Positions 57,911 through 64,000 of a stretch of DNA of 64,000 nucleotides are shown here, piece after piece. A program made the position numbers and the translations under genes. Source of the stretch: an uncultured bacterium (GTDB lineage: Bacteria; Bacteroidota; Bacteroidia; Bacteroidales; CAIXTV01); NCBI GenBank assembly GCA_903922465.1, contig CAIXTV010000021.1, positions 91 to 64,090 of the forward strand, given 5' to 3'. The notes beneath the pieces are model-generated. The model was not told where the DNA came from and searched no databases. It saw only the letters and a list, made by a program, of their open reading frames with translations. Position 1 is the stretch's first letter; each line of letters opens with the position of its first letter.

Positions 57911-57967
57911 TTTGCATGTAAATGCAATCTTGAAATGCCTGATTCTATTGATATTTCGAGTGTGTTT

Positions 57968-58027
57968 GCAGGACTTAAAATCCTGTTGCCATTGCGGCAG
58001 TGCGGGTTCAAGTCCCGCCCGGGGTAC
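57968..58027 (+). repeat. attR core: 60-bp copy of the 3-prime part of tRNA-Leu (not a functional tRNA)
   Basis: It is identical to 3837-3896. The 5-prime acceptor and D arms are missing. Confidence 0.9.
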
Positions 58028-58040
58028 AGTTTACAATATC

Positions 58041-58067
58041 AAAGCCCAGTATTTACTGGGCTTTTTT
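58041..58067 (+). terminator. Presumed original chromosomal tRNA-Leu terminator, displaced to the right junction
   Basis: aaagcccagt / actgggcttt stem with a 4-nt loop, followed by a T-run. It lies 14 nt after the attR core. Confidence 0.65.
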
Positions 58068-58114
58068 ATTTCTGAATCCCCAGTTGAGTACCCAGAATCT
58101 ATTTTTGACCCTGT

Positions 58115-58912
58115 TTGATTTTTTTGGCACCATACTTGAATATAAATTCTAATAAAAAAAATCCCGATAATTATTATTTGTTATTATCAATGAAACTTTC
58201 AGTTCTATTAGAAAATGAAAAACAAGCTAAAGCAACTGAGCGGCTTAGTCAGATAAAAGTAAGTGTCCAAAAAGTTCCTAAAAACAAAATTACAGCCGCT
58301 AAAGATTATAATCCAAAATTAATTTCAAAAGAAAAACAGGAATTATTCTCCTAAAAAGAAGAAGCAGACGACAAAAATCAATTAATTGAACGCTTCTTTG
58401 CTGAGATAAATACATTTAAGGGCTCCCCTTTCAATTTCGAAGAAAGATTCGAAAAAACAAAAAACAATTTACTTGATATCTATAAGAATCACAACTATTT
58501 ACCTATGATTGAATCTTTCCTCAATCAAAGAGATGAAGCCATTGTTGTAAAACTAGCTCATTTTCTAGCTTATATTCAAATCCAGGAGTTATTCTCTTTA
58601 AATCTGGATAAGTTCTCTAAGGAACTTAAAAAGAAAACCCCAATAGTATTAAGTGGACTAAATATGCCAGAGGATATTGCTTCTAGATACAGAGATTTAT
58701 TTTTATCGGACCTTAAATCTAATCATGCCGAAAGTGTAATCAAGGAAAAACTTTTTGATGCTGAAGGCACATGGATAGGATGCAAAGGTAAATTCCAAGA
58801 AGTTCCAGCGCTTCTTGAAGCACTTAAACTAAACCTCTATATCCATTATTTAACTTTAACTAGTGCAGTATCTATTTTCTGTGAAAAATACGGACTGGAA
58901 ATTTCAAAATGA
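58115..58912 (+). pseudogene. Hypothetical gene interrupted by a single in-frame TAA (58352-58354)
   Basis: ORFs 58115-58354 and 58505-58912 are in the same frame. The frame is open from the codon after the TAA through 58912 (KEEADDKNQLIERFFAEINTFKGSPFNFEERFEK...MIESFL). Confidence 0.3.
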
Positions 58913-59234
58913 ACCATTAATACAAAAGGAAAATCTCATGAAACTGCCTACACCTATTTTCAGGGAATTTTTAAAGCTAATTTAGGAGATGCTAATAATA
59001 ACCTTGCTGATTACTTGCGCAGCAATAAAAAAAACATTTAACAGCAATTTAGCATTCAAATCATAACACCTTTATTCTTCGAGGATTTATTTTTACTTTA
59101 GCCTAATCTTGCTAATTTTAGCATTTTGCCGAATAATTTACTTAGGCATACCCATATAATTCATATTTTTCTTGTAGATAAATTAATATTATCATGAAAA
59201 AAATCATAGTAACGGATGAAGAATCTATAAAAAA

Positions 59235-59498
59235 ATGATCAGAGAGGTACTAGCTGAACCCATAGTTATATCCTCTTGTTCAATTTGCAACAATAAGGTT
59301 GCGCAGGAGGATCAATTGACTAGTCTCGATGACATTGCAAAACTATTCAATTACAGTCTACCCACAGCCCAAAAAATTAAAAACAGCATACCTAAAGACT
59401 CCTACCGACAATGTAAAAACACATTTGCTATAAAAAGAAGTGTATTATTAGGCGCTAATGAAAAACTGAATAAGACAAAGTATTCAGGAATTAAATAA
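59235..59498 (+). CDS. Hypothetical small protein, possible HTH
   Basis: 87-aa ORF. LDDIAKLFNYSLPTAQKIKNSI is a possible helix-turn-helix. Confidence 0.3.
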   Translation: MIREVLAEPIVISSCSICNNKVAQEDQLTSLDDIAKLFNYSLPTAQKIKNSIPKDSYRQCKNTFAIKRSVLLGANEKLNKTKYSGIK

Positions 59499-59861
59499 AA
59501 CCTAGAACACATATTAAAATGAATACGACAGGAATAAGAATAGATGTAACTAATGAGACCATTTATTATTAAGTAAAGAACAATTAAAAAGGAAAACTAA
59601 TACAGGAAAATCAACTCCTTTATCTATAATTGTATTTGAATATTTCACTTTAGGTCTTCAAGCAAAATTTGCTGAAAAACATTCAAGTCAGCAAGAGAGC
59701 AACGATGCAATTCCTTCAAGGATTTCCGCAATTGAAGTTCAGCAAAAAACATTAGAACTATCCCAAAGAGAGCTACAACTTGAAGCCAAAGAAAAAAACT
59801 TTTTTTATTTGAAAAAGATATAAACACTAAAGATAATAGTTTTCGAGAGCGGGAAAAATAT

Positions 59862-60290
59862 TTGATTAATCAATTTGATGAACTATACGAGAACAAGGAT
59901 ATATTAACTAATGAAAAGGAAAAATTTACACTTAAAATTGTCGATAATAGCATCGATAAAATTAAACTTGAATTTCTAAACAAAGAACTCAATCAAAAGG
60001 AAGAGGAAAAAAATCAATTGAAAAAGGTAATTCTATTTTACAAAGAGGAAATATTGGATAGGCTTGAAGAGAAGCCTGATTCAAATATGTTGCAACAATG
60101 GAAAGTCCCACTACTCCCCTCGATTCTAATAATCCTTTTTGAATTTGTGAAAAGCAAAAGTGGCAAATCAGAAAATGACCTAAAATCTTTAATTAGCAAA
60201 TTAGAAGAATTACTCAAAGGGATAGACCTAAATAAAAGGGAAGAGATAATTGATATCATTACCTCTATGTTCCAAAATAATAAAAAATAA
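59862..60290 (+). CDS. Hypothetical coiled-coil protein
   Basis: 142-aa K/E-rich ORF. The upstream plus-strand frame (59650-59830) is also coiled-coil-like, so the gene may be frameshifted. Confidence 0.3.
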   Translation: MINQFDELYENKDILTNEKEKFTLKIVDNSIDKIKLEFLNKELNQKEEEKNQLKKVILFYKEEILDRLEEKPDSNMLQQWKVPLLPSILIILFEFVKSKSGKSENDLKSLISKLEELLKGIDLNKREEIIDIITSMFQNNKK

Positions 60291-60507
60291 GAACAGCTCA
60301 TGATTGACTTAATTTACTGTATTGATGCTTCATCCTTGTCCTGCAAGTTAATAAATACGTAAAACATGGATTTGTTACTTGCAATTACCAAAATATCCTA
60401 GAACTGTTATAAGAAGTGGGCCTCCTACCCTACTTCACAGGAAAACCTAATCTCTTTCTTTTCAAGTACCATTATCCTAAAAAAATCATCGGCATGAATT
60501 TTAAAGT

Positions 60508-61494
60508 TTATTGTTTGGTCATCCGTTTTAATCGAGTTAGATAAGCTTGCCAATAATTTTGCTTTGTACTTTCATTAAGAAATGATGCTGCTATCAATTT
60601 TTCGACCTTCTCTGAACCTGATATTAATAGGCTAATGGTATCTTTTGTCTGCTTTTCACTCAATCCAACCTGCTGAGCAAGAGTGAAAAATTGTTGAGAA
60701 ACGGTACCTTGTGTCAGATTCCATGGTAATAGTCCATCTTCCAAGGCAAAGTCTTTATCTTCTATATGAATTCTACTATTTAATAAGTCATAAGAAGGGC
60801 TTAGACGATAATCCCCCATTGGAGTTTCTATTATAGAGAAATTTTTCAAATGGGCATCACCATTTGAAAACAGATAATTAAACATCAATATCCTAAACAA
60901 CTTAGAAGCTTCTATCCTATATGCAGGCAGGTGCTTTTGCATGAGCTGAAAAAGTTCCATGTAATTACCCAGGTATTTATAATGTTCCCCATGAGTTTGA
61001 GGGGTTCTTCCAGCTAGGGAGGCAAAATCTTCCTGTCCCCATTTACCCCCATCATCCTTAACATCAAATCGTTTGGTAATATAAGCAGGTGAACCATCCT
61101 TGAAAAAGATGAGTGCATTCTCTGCCGTTTCTATACCATAAATCTGACGAGCTATTTGCATGGTTAAATGCTCATTAGCTGGCATCTGATCAACTCTTCT
61201 CCCTATCCCTGGAATAGGTTTAAGAATGTAGGTTCCTTTCTCGTCTTCATTTATCAGTCTGATTTTGTTTTTATCAAGCAAAACAGAAAATTTTTCCTGT
61301 ACTCCTGAAATAGAAATGTATTTTCTATTCTGATCAAATAATTCAGCTGTTTCTTGATTGGTTGAAGGTGAATCATAAGATAGCACATGATAAACTTTTT
61401 TGCCATTGAAAACTCTATTCAAACAAGTTCTACTGTATGTATTAAAACCTATAGCCAATGTTCCTGGACAATTTTTGATTTCTGACATTTTCAT
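60508..61494 (-). CDS. hipT: HipT-like Ser/Thr kinase toxin (HipA kinase core lacking N-subdomain 1)
   Basis: Gly-rich loop YISISGVQEKFSV and catalytic motif SNGDAHLKNFS. Confidence 0.8.
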   Translation of the reverse strand: MKMSEIKNCPGTLAIGFNTYSRTCLNRVFNGKKVYHVLSYDSPSTNQETAELFDQNRKYISISGVQEKFSVLLDKNKIRLINEDEKGTYILKPIPGIGRRVDQMPANEHLTMQIARQIYGIETAENALIFFKDGSPAYITKRFDVKDDGGKWGQEDFASLAGRTPQTHGEHYKYLGNYMELFQLMQKHLPAYRIEASKLFRILMFNYLFSNGDAHLKNFSIIETPMGDYRLSPSYDLLNSRIHIEDKDFALEDGLLPWNLTQGTVSQQFFTLAQQVGLSEKQTKDTISLLISGSEKVEKLIAASFLNESTKQNYWQAYLTRLKRMTKQ

Positions 61495-61496
61495 TG

Positions 61497-61823
61497 CTAT
61501 TGTTCTAATTTAATCACCCTAATGGCTCCAATAATATCAGTTTTTGCAATCGTCATTAATAGTCCAAAATAATCATCCTGATCAATTCGCATGTGCTTAC
61601 AAACCGTTTGCTTATTTGACCCTTCTGGCAACATATTATAGAAAAATGGAAAAAAGTATTTAGAATGATATTCTTGCTGCGTTTTGGGCAAAGTAAGGCT
61701 TATGCTTGATTTACTGCTATCAATAATCCAGTTATTATGATATCGGAAAGAAAATGTTCCATCATCATGTTGAGTCAGAATACCTGCTTCCTCCTCATTG
61801 AATAATATTTTCGCTTTTCTCAT
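61497..61823 (-). CDS. hipS: HipS-like protein (stand-alone HipA N-terminal subdomain)
   Basis: A 108-aa ORF between the HTH and kinase genes. GILTQHDDGTFSFRY is typical of the HipA N-terminal domain. It overlaps the HTH gene by 4 nt. Confidence 0.65.
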   Translation of the reverse strand: MRKAKILFNEEEAGILTQHDDGTFSFRYHNNWIIDSSKSSISLTLPKTQQEYHSKYFFPFFYNMLPEGSNKQTVCKHMRIDQDDYFGLLMTIAKTDIIGAIRVIKLEQ

Positions 61824-62041
61824 TTATTATATTCCGTTTTCTTTACTCTCAAACAAACCTCCAAGCCTAATACATCTGCCAGTTTCTGTATGGTTTTGAG
61901 AGTAGGGTTTCCTTTTCCACTTTCGAATTGCTTTAAAGTTCGCAATCCCACACTGGAAAGTTCCGCAAGTGTTTCTTGCGTGACCTGCATCATTTCTCTA
62001 CGTTCTTTAATTGTCTGAATAATTTCCACAAAGTGCATCAT
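61820..62041 (-). CDS. hipB: HipB-like XRE-family HTH protein
   Basis: 73 aa. QETLAELSSVGLRTLKQFESGKGNPTLKTIQKLADVLGLEV is an XRE/Cro HTH. Confidence 0.8.
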   Translation of the reverse strand: MMHFVEIIQTIKERREMMQVTQETLAELSSVGLRTLKQFESGKGNPTLKTIQKLADVLGLEVCLRVKKTEYNK

Positions 62042-62544
62042 AAAGCTCTTTTTGGTGCAAAATTAATCATTATTTCACGAAAAGCAACAAAAAGAGCAAT
62101 AAAAAGCACTTACCTGCTCAAGTAAAACCCCGTCTTTCATCAAATCCCAATTTTAACATGATATATCTGTCCTTTAACTTAAATTTATGCATTAATGAAT
62201 GATAACTCGTGCAAGGGTGTTTTTAATAAACACTTTTGATGTTAAATGCCTCTAGTTGGGTTTTAAGATTGGTAACAAAAGCATCAACATCATGAATCTT
62301 CACAGACTCATAACCCAAGCCATGCAATTGCTTAATTAAATTCAAGCTTCTTATTGATGACTCATTGTTATCTCTCAAATATTTCTTTAAAAATCTCTTC
62401 TATTTCTTTTACTTCTTGTTCATTTAATATTTTAAACTCCTTTTCTCTTCCTCTTTTCGAAAACACCCCATTATTCTGATGTAAAAACCGAACTAGATTT
62501 GCGATTAATTTATCCGGCATTTCAAAATGATTATCCATATACTT

Positions 62545-63285
62545 TTAATATTCATCATATTTAATCAAATAGTTTACTTCTTCAGGAATTACTCTTTTAA
62601 TAGTGTCTTCTACACTATCGTATAAAAATTCAGCTTGTTTGCTAGCATCATAATATTTATAATAATCGATTGTGTCATTTAAAACTTCTATGTTATGATC
62701 TTTGGTCTCTTTACATTTTATATAGTCCAAAACAGGATATGAATATGCTTCCACGACCTTACGGTAAGTATCTATATGGTCAAGTATAGATGCTGAAATT
62801 GGGAAGATGACACCTTGTTGTGTGATTTTTTTCTTTGCAAGTATATTATGAATGAAATAACGATGTAATCTGTCGTTGCCATCTTCAAAAGGATGAATAA
62901 ATACAAAACCGATTGCAACAATTGCTGCTGCTAATACAGCATCAAAATCTTGACTTAATAATTCGTTGGTTTTTAATAATCCGTTTATGAGTTGTTCGAT
63001 ATCTTGCCATTTGGCAGAAATATGTTCGGGTATCGGCTCGCCATTTGTTCTGTCATGCTCTCCTACAAAGCCACCTCTCTTCCGGAAACCCAATTCAATG
63101 AATCTCCCGTTTTCAATAACCATTTGTTGCAGGCGATTGAGTTCGTCTATGCTTAATGGTTTTACTCCCGCCTGACCAATTGCTTTGCCCCAACGAACTG
63201 CTCTCGCGTTTGGTGGATTTTCTCCTTCTATTGAAAACGATGCTACTGAATCCTTTAATATCAAAAAGGATGAAGCCCTTTGCAA
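62545..63285 (-). pseudogene. Fic-domain protein, probably N-terminally truncated
   Basis: The Fic motif is IHPFEDGNDRLHRYFIH (HPFxxGNGR with G to D). The frame stays open upstream of the TTG start back to a TGA at about 63385, with no ATG and no recognisable N-terminal Fic helix bundle. Confidence 0.6.
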
Positions 63286-63740
63286 TACATCTTTATGTAA
63301 TAAGCCTAATATCTTTAAGGCAATAATAGCGCAATTGGACCAAAATGCGGCATATCGAGACCGACTAGCGGCAGTTTGGTCTTTTTGCCCTAATCATCTA
63401 TCTATACCAAAAAAAAAGCTTCGAAAAATCAATGAATTAAGAAAAAGATGCTTCGAATATTCATTCAAAACATAAGCAGTAGAATATTATTTTCTGGACA
63501 CTAGCCTGAAATTGAGAAGTTAATGTGAAAAGGTGTTGAGATTGCTTCGTCACAGCCTGATTAGCATCAGGCTGTTTCCCCGCAATGACGGTAGTTTATT
63601 AGGATTTGGGGGAAGCGTTGCGGGAGGACGCTATGCTAAAAAAAGAATTATACTCAAAGTGATTAAGTCAGGAATTTGGAACATTAATTTAAATCATAAA
63701 AAAATACTTTCCCCGTCAATACTGAGGATGGATGCCATCT

Positions 63741-63874
63741 GCATCTGCGAATCGCTCCCAGAAAAAGTTTTTGCCCAATATGCATCTGCGAATCGCTCCC
63801 AAAAAAAGTTTTTGCCCAATATGCATCTGCGAATCGCTTCCAAAATAATTATTTGCCCGATATGCATCTGCAAA
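63741..63874. repeat. 41-bp tandem repeat, 3 full units plus a partial unit
   Basis: gcatctgcgaatcgctcccagaaaaagtttttgcccaatat occurs at 63741-63781. It occurs again at 63782-63822 with 1 mismatch. A more diverged unit lies at 63823-63863. A partial unit gcatctgcaaa follows at 63864-63874. Confidence 0.85.
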
Positions 63875-64000
63875 TAAGGTAAAACACAATAAATCGTTAA
63901 GAATGAAAATTAAGGTCAAAAACAAAATATTGAATTTGATTCTAGTTGATTTATAAGCCGAATTTAGCGAAAGGAAATCACAAAACAATCCAAGTCTTTT

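Noticed and set aside
57968-58027. A second functional tRNA-Leu gene
   Set aside because: Only the anticodon arm onward is present. The 5-prime acceptor strand and D arm are missing. It is the attR duplicate of the integration target.
57739-58118. ORFs 57739-58011 (-) and 57912-58118 (+)
   Set aside because: They span the partial tRNA-Leu copy, the arm-type motifs and the terminator. They are not credible coding sequence.
59645-59827. ORF 59645-59827 (-), 60 aa
   Set aside because: The plus strand over the same span reads as a coiled-coil segment (QAKFAEKHSSQQESNDAIPSRISAIEVQQKTLELSQRELQLEAKEKN). That segment seems continuous in character with ORF 59862-60290. The region is more likely a frameshifted plus-strand gene than a minus-strand gene, and I cannot resolve it by eye.
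63741-63874. CRISPR array
   Set aside because: The repeats are directly adjacent with no unique spacers. There are only about 3 units, and no cas genes are in the window.
1-64000. Search for retron/DGR reverse transcriptases, cas genes, DDE or IS transposases, rRNA, CBASS/Thoeris-type cyclases or TIR domains
   Set aside because: No translated ORF shows the corresponding hallmark motifs (YxDD, RuvC/HNH Cas layouts, DDE triads, GSxS cyclase motifs), so none are claimed. Detection by eye is imperfect, so a profile scan should confirm this.

Overview
Low-GC, Bacteroidota-like chromosomal segment. The phylum guess rests on TAnnTTTG -7 promoter boxes, mostly absent Shine-Dalgarno sequences and gene content. 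No homology search was possible, so every family call comes from motifs read in the supplied translations. The left ~3.8 kb is core genome: mutS2 N-terminus running off the edge, a TrmH/SpoU methyltransferase, mutS, tRNA-Gly(GCC) and tRNA-Leu(UAA). From 3837 to 58027 lies a ~54-kb integrative, mobilizable island inserted in the 3-prime part of tRNA-Leu. It is delimited by a perfect 60-bp direct repeat. A tyrosine integrase sits at the left end and a relaxase / coupling-protein / ArdC module at the right end. The native tRNA terminator is displaced to the right junction. The island cargo comes in two blocks. (i) A plus-strand block (7.3-20.2 kb, plus convergent minus-strand genes at 12224-12772 and 20144-20995) holds two translationally coupled operons of nucleotide-metabolism-like enzymes around a TPR protein. 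The first has a viperin/MoaA-like radical SAM enzyme with Tmk/dNK-like kinase, SAM methyltransferase, Gfo/Idh/MocA-like oxidoreductase, two histidine phosphatases and a Nudix. The second has GT2 and GT4 glycosyltransferases, a second Tmk-like kinase, a second Nudix, a possible NDK-like protein and a possible nucleoside-phosphorylase-fold protein. I consider this block the best candidate for an undescribed system, either nucleotide-analogue antiviral or nucleoside natural product. (ii) A 33-kb minus-strand run (24.9-57.8 kb) is a dense defence island followed by the transfer module and unknown genes. It holds an orphan 3-gene operon with a Zn-ribbon PD-(D/E)xK protein and a glycerate-kinase/HAD/MBL/nucleotidyltransferase operon glued to a GmrSD type IV restriction gene. 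It also holds an ABC-three-component (DUF4297 / middle component / DUF3732) system and QatABCD. A PHP-domain Rad50-like ATPase is the last gene of a type I R-M operon whose hsdR is frameshifted and which carries a KilA-N insert. A second small recombinase / RepO-like / RadC module (21.1-24.8 kb) looks like a nested element. Right of the island are a nonsense-interrupted gene, a tripartite HipBST-like toxin-antitoxin locus, an N-terminally truncated Fic gene and a 41-bp tandem repeat. No CRISPR array, cas gene, reverse transcriptase, rRNA or DDE transposase was seen.
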